Positions 1 to 8,643 of a DNA stretch of 50,519 nucleotides are shown piece by piece (position 1 is the stretch's first letter; every line of letters begins with the position of its first letter). The position numbers were made by a program, and so were the translations under genes. The DNA comes from an uncultured Gammaproteobacteria bacterium (GTDB lineage Bacteria > Pseudomonadota > Gammaproteobacteria > Pseudomonadales > Pseudohongiellaceae): NCBI GenBank assembly GCA_903876785.1, contig CAIRBI010000170.1:1-50519 (forward strand), given 5' to 3'. The notes beneath the pieces are model-generated. The model was given only the letters and a program-made list of their open reading frames with translations. It was not told where the DNA came from and searched no databases.

Positions 1-1483
1 AGGCGGTTCGGACAGCGTTCTGGGCGTCATTGCCACGACTCAGCGGCGCACCGAACAGCGCCATTACGGAATCGCCGGTGTATTTGTCCACCACGCCCTG
101 ATGCCGCTCGATTACCGCCGTGATCTCGCTCAGATAACTGTTGAGCAGCGTCAACACTGCCTCGGGTGGGGTGTTCTCACAAAGTGTTGTGAAGCCTTTG
201 ATGTCGGCAAACAGCACCGTCACGACCTTCTCTTCACCACCCAGCTCGATGGTTTTGCTCAGCAACTCTTCGGCAATCTCATGCGAAACCACCTTGCCGA
301 GCAGATCACGCACCTTCTCTTTCTCAGCCAGCCCACGGGCCATGTTGTTGACGGATGTGGCCAGCTCGCTGATCTCATCGCGCCCGCTGACCTGCACGGA
401 CTGGCCGAAGTCGCCGTCCTCTATACGTCTTACCCGATTGGCCAGGTCCAGCACGGGGCGAGTCACTGAACGCGCGAGCAGAATTACCGCCAGCAGGCTG
501 ATGGCCAGAACCACGAGGTAAAACTGCAGCAACACGCGCTGGAAGGCCTGCACGTTTTCCATGTTTTCGTTGTAGGACTTCTGAATGACCGCGACAATCT
601 GCAGCGCCTCTCCCGGTTCACCATAGAGCGGGCGCATCAGCGTGCCGTATTCGCCTTCGCTGAGCTGGATGCGGCGGGTCGCGGCCTGTGCCACTCCTCC
701 CGCATCGAGCACGCCCGCATCGCTCTCGCCAGTATTGCGCGACCTCTCCTGCAGCTGAGCAACAAGCAGGCTCTGGTCCGTAGCCGTCAGCGTCGAGGCA
801 ATGACACTGACCGCAGCGGCAGCATCGCTGGCAGCGCCTTCCTCCCAACGGAACTGCACAATCGATACATCGGAAACGATGCTCTGCTTCACCGTGGCAG
901 CAAATTGATTATCGAGAGGAAAGCCGCCGAAGATCCAGGCAACCGGGGTGGGCAGAAACAGAGGGATTACGGTGATCTGATACGGCACGCCCTCCACGGT
1001 GATGACCGCGTCGCCAATGCCTTCGTCGCTGTTGGCGGCGGAGTCCATCAGGGCCAGCCATTCCCCTTCAAGACGCTCAAAACCCTGCGTCCGGGTGTCG
1101 ATGACAACCTCTCCCTCCATGGACGAGATCAGCATCATGTCGGCAGCGCCCATCGAGCGCATCAGAACATTGTCGGCGGCATCGATGATCGTGAACGGAT
1201 CGCCCGTGCCGAAGGCGTTGCGAAAACCCCAGTCGCGGGTCATCGTGCTGGTGATGGTCAGCAAGGTGTTCTTGTGTTGCTCGCGGGTGAAGTCGAAGAC
1301 ATCGGCGCCCAGCTCCAGGTAGCTGTTGATCGTCTCCGTGGTGTAAGTGTTGTTCTCCCTGTTGACGAAGGCGTAGATACCCAGCAACACCGGCAATAGC
1401 AGAGCGAGCAGAAACACCAGCAGACGTGTCCGAAAGCTGCGGAAAGCGAACAGACTTGTCACCACCGGAACGGGGTTGGTCAT
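1..1483 (-). CDS. Membrane-bound class III adenylate/guanylate cyclase with a large periplasmic sensor domain and a HAMP linker. Partial: the 3' end lies beyond the window edge.
   Basis: Manual minus-strand translation from ATG 1483; the ORF is absent from the track because it runs off the window. N-terminus is MTNPVPVVTSLFAFRSFRTRLLVFLLALLLPVLLGIY (TM1), followed by a ~270-aa periplasmic region. TM2 is LLQFYLVVLAISLLAVILLA. The HAMP region reads RPVLDLANRVRRIEDGDFGQSVQVSGRDEISELATSVNNMARGL. The cyclase core reads VTVLFADIKGFTTLCE...VVDKYTGDSVMALFGAP, with both metal-binding Asp and the xKxxGD lysine. Confidence 0.8.
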   Translation of the reverse strand, partial: MTNPVPVVTSLFAFRSFRTRLLVFLLALLLPVLLGIYAFVNRENNTYTTETINSYLELGADVFDFTREQHKNTLLTITSTMTRDWGFRNAFGTGDPFTIIDAADNVLMRSMGAADMMLISSMEGEVVIDTRTQGFERLEGEWLALMDSAANSDEGIGDAVITVEGVPYQITVIPLFLPTPVAWIFGGFPLDNQFAATVKQSIVSDVSIVQFRWEEGAASDAAAAVSVIASTLTATDQSLLVAQLQERSRNTGESDAGVLDAGGVAQAATRRIQLSEGEYGTLMRPLYGEPGEALQIVAVIQKSYNENMENVQAFQRVLLQFYLVVLAISLLAVILLARSVTRPVLDLANRVRRIEDGDFGQSVQVSGRDEISELATSVNNMARGLAEKEKVRDLLGKVVSHEIAEELLSKTIELGGEEKVVTVLFADIKGFTTLCENTPPEAVLTLLNSYLSEITAVIERHQGVVDKYTGDSVMALFGAPLSRGNDAQNAVRTA

Positions 1484-1561
1484 GGATGGGTGGTCATGGA
1501 TGGGTGGTCATGGATGGCTGGTCATGAATGGTTGGTCATCGATGGTTGGTCAACGATAGCG
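1478..1561. repeat. Tandem direct repeat, 6 copies of a 14-bp unit (ggtcatggatgggt and variants).
   Basis: Read directly from the sequence. Copies begin at 1478, 1492, 1506, 1520, 1534 and 1548, and the last two are degenerate. The array spans the stop codon of the upstream gene and the start codon of the cyclase. Confidence 0.95.
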
Positions 1562-2272
1562 AGTTCGTCCGGCAGTTGGCGCGCGGCGCAGGCGATCATC
1601 GCGCTCCAGCGGCAGCGCCAGACGCAGGCGCGTTGGCTCCGCATCACCAAAGCTCATGGTCTGCAGCACGGCATGGGGCTGTCCTTCACTGCCGCCGACT
1701 GCACGCGAGTGCCAGACGCGCACCTGGAATTCACCGGTGGGAATACCTTGAATCATGGCCTCACCTGTAGCATCGGTCTTTACCGCCAGGCTCGTTTCGG
1801 CCACGTAGATATAACCAAGCATCCAGTCGTGGATGTTGCAACCGAGCTCGACAACTCCTGCCTGCTCGAACGGCTCGAAGTAATCGACGTTCTGACCATT
1901 GCCATACAACGGCAGTTCGAAAACATTGGCAGTGGAAAAGGAATAAACGTGGTGCAGGATATCGTCACTGTTGGGGAAGTTGACGCGACTGCCACGGCTG
2001 ATGACAGTCACGTTGGACACGAACTCCTTCTGCTGTTGATCGACGCTGAAGTCGCCAACCTGAGTGTGCGACGCCTGCATATCCGGCGGCAACAGCACCT
2101 CGATGACGGCATCCGCCAATGGTCCGCCCGCATCGGCATCCTGCATGCTGATCCGCAAATCGGCTGCGTTCGCGCCTTGAATCAACCCAAAGGAAAGGAC
2201 GCTCCACATCAATGCCCACGGGACACAACGCTGCTTGATCACTATGCACCTCTGAAAGCTCAATATGCCCAT
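1550..2272 (-). CDS. Secreted cupredoxin-like protein of the family often annotated 'methylamine utilization protein', flanked by carboxypeptidase-regulatory-like beta-sandwich segments.
   Basis: Signal peptide ...VLSFGLIQGANA/ADL. VNFPNSDDILHHVYSF and FEQAGVVELGCNIHDWMLGYIYV resemble the amicyanin/plastocyanin His ... Cys-x2-His-x2-Met copper loop. TDATGEAMIQGIPTGEFQVRVWH resembles a CarboxypepD_reg motif. The start overlaps the upstream OMP gene by 13 nt. Confidence 0.65.
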   Translation of the reverse strand: MGILSFQRCIVIKQRCVPWALMWSVLSFGLIQGANAADLRISMQDADAGGPLADAVIEVLLPPDMQASHTQVGDFSVDQQQKEFVSNVTVISRGSRVNFPNSDDILHHVYSFSTANVFELPLYGNGQNVDYFEPFEQAGVVELGCNIHDWMLGYIYVAETSLAVKTDATGEAMIQGIPTGEFQVRVWHSRAVGGSEGQPHAVLQTMSFGDAEPTRLRLALPLERDDRLRRAPTAGRTRYR

Positions 2273-3231
2273 GACAGAGTCACCCCCACACGGCTGCCAG
2301 TGTAACTGATCGAGGATGGCGCCTGAATGTCGCGATACTCGTAACCAAAGTCCAATGCCGAGTTGGGCCCCAGCGCCAGACTCCAGTCCAGCGCGTAAAC
2401 GTGCGTGTCGGAGGTGATCAGGTACGCAGCCTGGGAGCTATCCCAGCTGGGTTCGAAGGCAGGGTCGAACGCGATCGCCGAGGAAATTGCCATCAGCGGG
2501 TCATTGGGGACGAGACCGCTGGCGACGCTGTGGCCATCGGTAAAGGTATAAGAGGCGGTCAGTGTGCTGCCGTTGACGAAGGTGTAATCGGCACTGGCGA
2601 GGAAGCTGCTCTGCGTGAAGTCGAAGATGTCGTCGCCGACATTCCATGCCCACCAAGGGTAAGTATTGGCAGCTGCGCGGAAAGCGTCTTTTGTGCCTTC
2701 ACTCCACTCGTGCATCACGGCGGCATAGACACTCCACGCCGGAGACAGCCGCTTGCTGTAGCTCAACGTCAGGTCATGCAACTGTCTGTCCCTCTCGCGG
2801 CCGCGACGAGCTTCCTGACTGAGACCCAGCGCCAGGGACACGGTTGGCGCATAGGCGCCGAGACCAAACTTGTGGTTATAGGCAGCCTGCGCGCCAATGA
2901 TATCCGCATCGAATCCGGCCATTTCGTAGTAGCGCTGTGCGGCAGCGGAAACACCGAGGGTCACGGACTGCCCCGGACGGATCTGCAGAAACTTGCCAAC
3001 GCCGCCCTCGAGCAGGAAGTAGCTATCGTCGTGAATGTCTGCCCCACCAATGCCTTTGGAGACGTTGTCCTCCTGAGCAATCCCGACCCGCAGATCGGCA
3101 AAGGTATTGGCCTGCACTGGCACGGCAACGGCCGAACCGAGAACTATGGGGACAAGCAACTTGAGGGTGGTTCGACTAAAAATCTTCGGGGATGGAGCGG
3201 CGGACGAGGCTTTGTCTTGTTGTCGATGCAT
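2260..3231 (-). CDS. Predicted outer-membrane beta-barrel protein of unknown family.
   Basis: The ORF extends to 3291; the likely start is MHRQQDK at 3231. Signal peptide LKLLVPIVLGSAVAVPVQA/NTF. The sequence has alternating amphipathic beta-strand-like segments rich in Y/G/S/A/T. The C-terminus RVGVTLSWAY ends in an aromatic residue, as expected for a BAM substrate signature. Confidence 0.6.
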   Translation of the reverse strand: MHRQQDKASSAAPSPKIFSRTTLKLLVPIVLGSAVAVPVQANTFADLRVGIAQEDNVSKGIGGADIHDDSYFLLEGGVGKFLQIRPGQSVTLGVSAAAQRYYEMAGFDADIIGAQAAYNHKFGLGAYAPTVSLALGLSQEARRGRERDRQLHDLTLSYSKRLSPAWSVYAAVMHEWSEGTKDAFRAAANTYPWWAWNVGDDIFDFTQSSFLASADYTFVNGSTLTASYTFTDGHSVASGLVPNDPLMAISSAIAFDPAFEPSWDSSQAAYLITSDTHVYALDWSLALGPNSALDFGYEYRDIQAPSSISYTGSRVGVTLSWAY

Positions 3232-3293
3232 AAAAACCTGCCAGGAAGTCAGGAACTTGGGGTAATCGGCTTGGGGCAGTATAACAGGCAAAT

Positions 3294-3788
3294 TCAGGTT
3301 TTCGAGCGCAGCGCGCTTTCAATTAGCTCGGGGCTGAAACCTCGGGAGAGGCAGAATCGATACAGCTTCTGGCGGGCCTTGCGCGCCTCCTGAGCATCCT
3401 CTGCAGAGGAGACCAGCCGTTGCTTGCGGGCCACCAGCTCCCGCAAGGACTCCAGCCACTCCGGGGTGTTCGCAGCCAGGGCTGCGTCCAGCAGTGCACT
3501 GCTGACACCCTTGCCACGCAGTTCCTGACGGATCAGCAGCGGACCAAACCCGCGCGAGCGTCGATAGCGCACGTAAGCTGCCACGAATCGTGCATCGCTC
3601 AGCAGGCCATCCTGCTCCAGCTGATCGAGCACTCCGGGGAGCAGTTGCGCCACCCCCGCAGTATCTTCCGAAAATTTGCGACGGAGCTTGTCGACCAGCT
3701 CCGCCCGCGAGTGTTCGCGGCGGGCCAGCAGATCCATCGCCGCCCGTCGCAGCTCCACCATCGTCGTGTTTTCAGCAGCAGTTCGCAC
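3294..3788 (-). CDS. recX: RecA regulator RecX.
   Basis: LRRAAMDLLARREHSRAELVDKLRRKF and RFVAAYVRYRRSRGFGPLLIRQELRGKGV are typical RecX repeats. The gene sits immediately downstream of recA. Confidence 0.9.
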   Translation of the reverse strand: MRTAAENTTMVELRRAAMDLLARREHSRAELVDKLRRKFSEDTAGVAQLLPGVLDQLEQDGLLSDARFVAAYVRYRRSRGFGPLLIRQELRGKGVSSALLDAALAANTPEWLESLRELVARKQRLVSSAEDAQEARKARQKLYRFCLSRGFSPELIESALRSKT

Positions 3789-3827
3789 GTTGCTTGCCTT
3801 TGTTCTTGCTTATCAATAGCCGGCGGC

Positions 3828-4892
3828 TTATTCGAACTCGCCGTCGTCTTCTTCGTTCGCCCCACCAGACACCAGCAGAGGTGCGGCACCACCGAGCAAC
3901 TGCGCACGAATCTTGTCCTCAATCTCTTTGGCGAGATGGGGATTCTCTTCCAGATAGGTGGCCACGTTCTTCTTGCCCTGACCGATCTTCTCACCGTTGT
4001 AGGCATACCAAGCGCCAGACTTGTCGATCAGGTTGAGCTTCACGCCCAGATCGATCACTTCGCCCATGCGATAGATGCCGGTGCCATACAGGATCTGGAA
4101 TTCACACTGACGGAAAGGCGGTGCGACCTTGTTCTTGACGACCTTGACGCGGGTCTCGCTGCCCACGACTTCCTCGCCTTCCTTGATCGAACCAATGCGA
4201 CGGATGTCCAGACGCACAGAGGCGTAGAACTTCAGTGCATTACCGCCGGTAGTGGTTTCGGGCGAACCGAACATCACGCCGATCTTCATGCGGATCTGGT
4301 TGATGAAGATCACCAGCGTGTTGGAATTCTTGATGTTGCCTGTCATCTTGCGCAGCGCCTGGGACATCAGACGCGCCTGCAGACCCATGTGGCTGTCGCC
4401 CATGTCGCCTTCGATTTCGGCCTTCGGTGTCAATGCCGCCACTGAGTCGATGACCACAACATCCACCGCACCGGAGCGCACGATCATGTCGCAGATCTCC
4501 AGCGCCTGTTCGCCGGTGTCGGGCTGGCTGACCAGCAGATTCTCGACATCCACGCCGAGGTTGCCGGCATAGATCGGGTCAAGCGCGTGTTCCGCGTCGA
4601 TGAAGGCGCAGGTGCCGCCGTTACGCTGACACTCCGCGATGACCTGCAGCGTGAGAGTAGTTTTGCCGGAAGACTCCGGACCATAGATTTCCACGATGCG
4701 GCCGCGTGGCAGACCGCCAATGCCCAGCGCAATATCCAGACCCAGCGAACCGGTGGAAATCGCGGGGATTGCTTCCTTGCCTTTCTCTCCCAGACGCATC
4801 ATCGAGCCTTTGCCAAACTGGCGCTCGATCTGTGACAGGGCGGCGCTCAGCGCCTTCTCGCGGTTCAGGTCTTTAACTGCATCTACGGCCAT
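3828..4892 (-). CDS. recA: Recombinase RecA.
   Basis: [18 protein letters not shown], Walker [16 protein letters not shown], and [10 protein letters not shown]...[10 protein letters not shown]. Full length, 354 aa. Confidence 0.99.
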   Translation of the reverse strand: MAVDAVKDLNREKALSAALSQIERQFGKGSMMRLGEKGKEAIPAISTGSLGLDIALGIGGLPRGRIVEIYGPESSGKTTLTLQVIAECQRNGGTCAFIDAEHALDPIYAGNLGVDVENLLVSQPDTGEQALEICDMIVRSGAVDVVVIDSVAALTPKAEIEGDMGDSHMGLQARLMSQALRKMTGNIKNSNTLVIFINQIRMKIGVMFGSPETTTGGNALKFYASVRLDIRRIGSIKEGEEVVGSETRVKVVKNKVAPPFRQCEFQILYGTGIYRMGEVIDLGVKLNLIDKSGAWYAYNGEKIGQGKKNVATYLEENPHLAKEIEDKIRAQLLGGAAPLLVSGGANEEDDGEFE

Positions 4893-4981
4893 GGTTGGTT
4901 CCTTTTTTATCTGGTGCTTGGTCGGAGCAAGCTGAATGTTTTCCGAGGTGGTCTTGCAATGAAATAATTAAAGCAGACAAT

Positions 4982-5001
4982 TACTGTATATTCAACCAGT
5001 A
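4982..5001. promoter_or_regulatory. LexA (SOS) box upstream of recA.
   Basis: tactgtatattcaaccagta matches the gammaproteobacterial consensus TACTGT-N8-ACAGTA with one mismatch in the right half (CTG-N10-CAG is intact). It lies about 90-110 nt upstream of the recA ATG. Confidence 0.8.
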
Positions 5002-5006
5002 TTTGT

Positions 5007-5537
5007 TCAGTGTTCGGGAGCCGGCACATTTCGGGCCTGCAGAAGCGCCAGCAGCCCCTCCAGCGCCGCCTGAACGGACTGTTTGCGCACCGCTTCACGG
5101 TCGCCGGTAAAGCGTTGCACCCGGGCGATTGATTCGACTGCGTCGCCCGTGCGCCAGGCCCAGCCGATCCACACGGTGCCAACCGGCTTGCCGGGAGTGC
5201 CGCCGTCTGGTCCGGCGACGCCGCTGGTCGACACCGCATACTGTGCTCCGGCTGCCAGCAACGCCCCTCGCGCCATGGCGAGCACGGTCTCTTCACTCAC
5301 AGCGCCGGGCGCCCTCGGGCCTTCGAAATGCGCTACGGGGACGGCCAACAATTGCTGCTTGGCCTGATTTGAGTAAGTGACGAAGCCGGTTTCGAACCAC
5401 TCCGAGCTGCCCGCCACGGCGGTGATGCACTGCGCAATCCAGCCGCCGGTGCAGGACTCGGCCGTGGTCACTTTGCAGTGATGTTGCAACAGGAGTTCGC
5501 CGCACTGGCGGCTGAGGGAGAGCAGGGTTTTGTTCAT
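5007..5537 (-). CDS. pncC: Nicotinamide-nucleotide amidohydrolase PncC / CinA C-terminal domain protein.
   Basis: KVTTAESCTGGWIAQCITAVAGSSEWFETGFVTYSNQAK and GTVWIGWA are CinA_C motifs. The position upstream of recA is conserved. Confidence 0.85.
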   Translation of the reverse strand: MNKTLLSLSRQCGELLLQHHCKVTTAESCTGGWIAQCITAVAGSSEWFETGFVTYSNQAKQQLLAVPVAHFEGPRAPGAVSEETVLAMARGALLAAGAQYAVSTSGVAGPDGGTPGKPVGTVWIGWAWRTGDAVESIARVQRFTGDREAVRKQSVQAALEGLLALLQARNVPAPEH

Positions 5538-5564
5538 GGCTTATCCGCTTCGCTTGCTGATTTA

Positions 5565-5650
5565 TGTGTGAGCGGGCCTGCCCGCGATTGATCTAGTGCG
5601 GAACTAATCGCGGGCGGGCCTTTATGCCCTTCGGGTACGCTCCCACATTC
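5565..5650. repeat. REPIN-like pair of inverted REP elements.
   Basis: Left arm: tgtgtgagcgggcctgcccgcgattg (5565-5590). Right arm, inverted: taatcgcgggcgggcc[tttatgcccttcgggtac]gctcccacattc (5605-5650). A related copy lies at 12592-12631. The core resembles the Pseudomonas REP GTGGGAGCGGGC..GCCCGCGATT. Confidence 0.6.
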
Positions 5651-5752
5651 ATTAGCTTAGCAGAGATTTTCAGACGCGCTGACGGCTCGCATTTAATCAC
5701 GTAGAATTCAGCCGCCTATCAGGCCTCACACGTATCCGTCGTCAACCCTGCA

Positions 5753-8383
5753 GTGGTACCCGCCTTGTCCAATATCGACATCTCTCAACACACGCCAATG
5801 ATGCGGCAATTCCTGGGCCTGAAAGCCCAGCACCGCAACGAGCTGCTGTTCTACCGCATGGGCGACTTCTACGAGCTGTTCTTCGAAGACGCGCGCACCG
5901 CCTCGAAGATTCTCGACATTACACTGACCAGCCGCGGCAAGATCGACGGCAAAGACATCCCCATGTGCGGCATCCCCTACCATGCCGCCGATCGCTATCT
6001 GGCCCGCCTCGTGGAAGCCGGCGTTTCCGTGGCCATCTGCGAACAGATCGGCGATCCCTCGACCAGCAAAGGCCCTGTTGATCGCCAGGTCGTGCGTATC
6101 ATCACACCCGGCACGCTCAGCGACGAGGCCCTGCTCAACGAGCGCAGCGAAAGCCTGTTGCTGGCGGTGACTGGCACCCACAGCGAAGACCCGGAGAAGG
6201 CCCGCTTCGGTCTGGCCTGGCTGGACGTCAGCAGCGGCCGCTTCGTGCTCAGCGAAGTCGCCTCCCGCGACGACATGCTTGCTGAACTTGCGCGGGTCCG
6301 ACCCGCGGAAGTGCTTGTTAATGAGGAGGTTTCGGCGCTGCAGGTGTTGGAATCGCGACAAGGCACGCGGCGCCGACCGCTGTGGGAGTTCGATCTCGAC
6401 AGCAGCCGACGCGCACTGAATCAGCACTTCGGCACACTGGATTTGAACGGCTTCGGTTGTGAACAATTGACTCTGGCGCTGCAGGCAGCCGGTTGTCTGC
6501 TGGGCTATGCGCGCGAGACGCAACGCTCGCAATTGCCGCACATTCAAGGCATTCAACTGGAACAGCCGGGTGACAGTCTCATTCTCGATGCCGCCAGCCG
6601 CCGCAATCTGGAGCTGGATCGCAACCTTGCGGGAGGTACGGACAACACGCTGATGTCGGTGCTGGATTGCACAGCCACGGCGATGGGCGGACGTCTGCTG
6701 AACCGCTGGCTGCACCGGCCGCTGCGGGACCGCACTCAACTGGCGCTGCGCCAGCAGACTGTTTCCACGCTGATCGATCAATACCGTTTCGAACAACTGC
6801 GCCCGCTGCTGCACGAGATCGGCGACATCGAGCGCATCCTCGCCCGCGTCGGTCTGCGTTCGGCACGGCCGCGCGACCTGGCCCGCCTGCGCGATGCCTT
6901 GATCACCTTGCCGCGTCTGCAGAGTGCGCTGAGCGGCATTCTCGAACAGAACGACTCCCCGCGCCTCGCCAGTCTACAAATCAGTATCGCCGACTACCCC
7001 GATCTCGCCGCGCTGCTCAGTCGTGCCGTCATCGACAATCCGCCTGTGGTAATTCGCGAAGGCGGCGTGATTGCGGAGGGCTACGACGCCGAGCTGGACG
7101 AGTTGCGCAACCTGAGCAGCAATGCCGGGCAGTTCCTGATCGATCTCGAGATCAAGGAAAAACAGCGTACCGGCCTGAGCACACTCAAGGTTGGCTACAA
7201 CCGCGTGCATGGCTATTTCATCGAAGTCAGCAAGGCGCAGGCCGACGACATGCCGGCCGATTATCAGCGCCGCCAGACCCTGAAGAATGCCGAACGCTTC
7301 ATCACGCCCGACCTCAAGCTGTTCGAGGACAAGGTCTTGAGCGCCAACAGCAAGGCGCTGACCCGAGAAAAAACACTTTACGACGAGCTGCTGGAAGTAG
7401 TCGCGATGGACCTGAACGCGCTCCTCAACACTGCCGCAGCGCTGGCCGAACTGGACGTCCTGAACAATTTCGCCGAGCGCGCCCGCACCTTGGACCTCTG
7501 CCAGCCCGAGCTGACGGCCGAGCCCGGCATCCACATCGAGCAGGGCCGCCATCCGGTGGTAGAGCAAGTCACCGAAAGCGTGTTTGTCGCCAATGACGTC
7601 CACCTGGATGACAAGCGCCAGATGCTGATCATTACCGGGCCCAACATGGGCGGTAAATCGACCTACATGCGCCAGACGGCGTTGATCGTGTTGCTAGCCT
7701 TTACCGGCAGCTTCGTCCCCGCCCGCAGTGCCCGCATCGGCCCGATCGATCGCATCTTCACCCGCATCGGCTCCTCCGACGATCTGGCCGGCGGGCGCTC
7801 CACCTTCATGGTGGAAATGACCGAGACCGCCAACATTCTCCACAACGCCACGACCAACAGCCTGGTGCTGATGGATGAAGTGGGACGCGGCACCAGCACC
7901 TTCGACGGCCTCTCGCTGGCCTGGGCCAGTGCCGTCTACATCGCCGAGAAGCTGCAGGCGTGGACGCTGTTCGCCACCCACTACTTCGAACTGACCGCCC
8001 TGCCCGAGCGTTTCTCCAACATCGCCAACGTCCACCTCGACGCCTCGGAGCATCAGGACGGCATCGTCTTCCTGCACGCCGTCAAGCCCGGCCCCGCGAA
8101 CCAGAGCTACGGCCTGCAGGTCGCCCAACTCGCCGGCGTCCCGCTGACCGTCATCCGCCAGGCCCGCGACAAACTCCAGCAACTGGAACGCGACAGCCTC
8201 CAGCAATCCCACAAACCCGCGACCAATACCTTCACCAAAACCGCAGCCGCCCCCCTGCAAACTGAACTCTTCACCCAATACGAACCCCACCCGGTCATCC
8301 AGCAACTCACCACCCTCAACCCCGACGACCTCACCGCCCGCCAAGCCCTCGACCTCCTCTACGCCCTGAAACAAAAACTGTAA
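5753..8383 (+). CDS. mutS: DNA mismatch repair protein MutS.
   Basis: [35 protein letters not shown], Walker [16 protein letters not shown], and [17 protein letters not shown] start at 5753. Confidence 0.98.
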   Translation: MVPALSNIDISQHTPMMRQFLGLKAQHRNELLFYRMGDFYELFFEDARTASKILDITLTSRGKIDGKDIPMCGIPYHAADRYLARLVEAGVSVAICEQIGDPSTSKGPVDRQVVRIITPGTLSDEALLNERSESLLLAVTGTHSEDPEKARFGLAWLDVSSGRFVLSEVASRDDMLAELARVRPAEVLVNEEVSALQVLESRQGTRRRPLWEFDLDSSRRALNQHFGTLDLNGFGCEQLTLALQAAGCLLGYARETQRSQLPHIQGIQLEQPGDSLILDAASRRNLELDRNLAGGTDNTLMSVLDCTATAMGGRLLNRWLHRPLRDRTQLALRQQTVSTLIDQYRFEQLRPLLHEIGDIERILARVGLRSARPRDLARLRDALITLPRLQSALSGILEQNDSPRLASLQISIADYPDLAALLSRAVIDNPPVVIREGGVIAEGYDAELDELRNLSSNAGQFLIDLEIKEKQRTGLSTLKVGYNRVHGYFIEVSKAQADDMPADYQRRQTLKNAERFITPDLKLFEDKVLSANSKALTREKTLYDELLEVVAMDLNALLNTAAALAELDVLNNFAERARTLDLCQPELTAEPGIHIEQGRHPVVEQVTESVFVANDVHLDDKRQMLIITGPNMGGKSTYMRQTALIVLLAFTGSFVPARSARIGPIDRIFTRIGSSDDLAGGRSTFMVEMTETANILHNATTNSLVLMDEVGRGTSTFDGLSLAWASAVYIAEKLQAWTLFATHYFELTALPERFSNIANVHLDASEHQDGIVFLHAVKPGPANQSYGLQVAQLAGVPLTVIRQARDKLQQLERDSLQQSHKPATNTFTKTAAAPLQTELFTQYEPHPVIQQLTTLNPDDLTARQALDLLYALKQKL

Positions 8384-8412
8384 GGGCAAGTACTCCTGTG
8401 AGCTCAGTCAGT

Positions 8413-8434
8413 AGCGTGGCGGAAAAGCCACGCT
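8413..8434 (+). other. Stem-loop just downstream of the mutS stop, with a GGA-containing loop.
   Basis: agcgtggc (8413-8420) pairs with gccacgct (8427-8434) around the loop GGAAAA. No U-tract follows, so it is not a canonical intrinsic terminator. Confidence 0.6.
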
Positions 8435-8486
8435 TAGGGGCCTGGTAGAGGGCTCAAACATGAGGGTAATTTCACCACTGACATCA

Positions 8487-8603
8487 GCTCAGTGTGGAGT
8501 GGAGGCATGGTCAGGACCATCGAGCGCCATGGATGGCGCTACTGAGCCCTACAAGGAAGTATTCACGGGCGTGTCCTGACCATGCCTCCGCTTCGCGCTG
8601 AGC
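8487..8603 (+). repeat. Long inverted repeat: 31-bp stem with a 55-nt loop that contains a nested hairpin.
   Basis: Base-by-base pairing follows i+j=17090. That gives 27 Watson-Crick pairs plus 4 G-U pairs when read as plus-strand RNA; the same positions would be A-C mismatches on the minus strand. The nested hairpin is agcgcc/ggcgct (8523-8528 with 8535-8540). Confidence 0.9.
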
Positions 8604-8604
8604 G

Positions 8605-8643
8605 CAGTGCGGAGAAGAAGTGCAGAGAAGAAGTGCGGAGAGA
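8605..8643 (+). repeat. 3 x 13-nt purine-rich tandem repeat.
   Basis: cagtgcggagaag / aagtgcagagaag / aagtgcggagaga, read directly. Confidence 0.9.

Noticed and set aside
1478-1561. Whether the short tandem arrays at 1478, 8605, 18358, 20691, 21156 and 26419 could be CRISPR arrays.
   Set aside because: The units are 9-14 bp and directly abutting with no spacers, far shorter than CRISPR repeats. No cas genes are present.
8379-8396. TGTAAG at the mutS stop codon as half of a GacA/UvrY upstream activating palindrome (TGTAAG-N6-CTTACA) for the candidate sRNA.
   Set aside because: The required second half-site is absent (the sequence reads tactcc). The hexamer is explained by the mutS terminal codons CTG TAA.
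8460-8579. A 39-codon plus-strand ORF (MRVISPLTSAQCGVEAWSGPSSAMDGATEPYKEVFTGVS) inside the structured mutS-fdxA spacer.
   Set aside because: It has no Shine-Dalgarno sequence. It lies within the arms and loop of the 31-bp hairpin, so its sequence is dictated by the palindrome, and its composition does not look coding.
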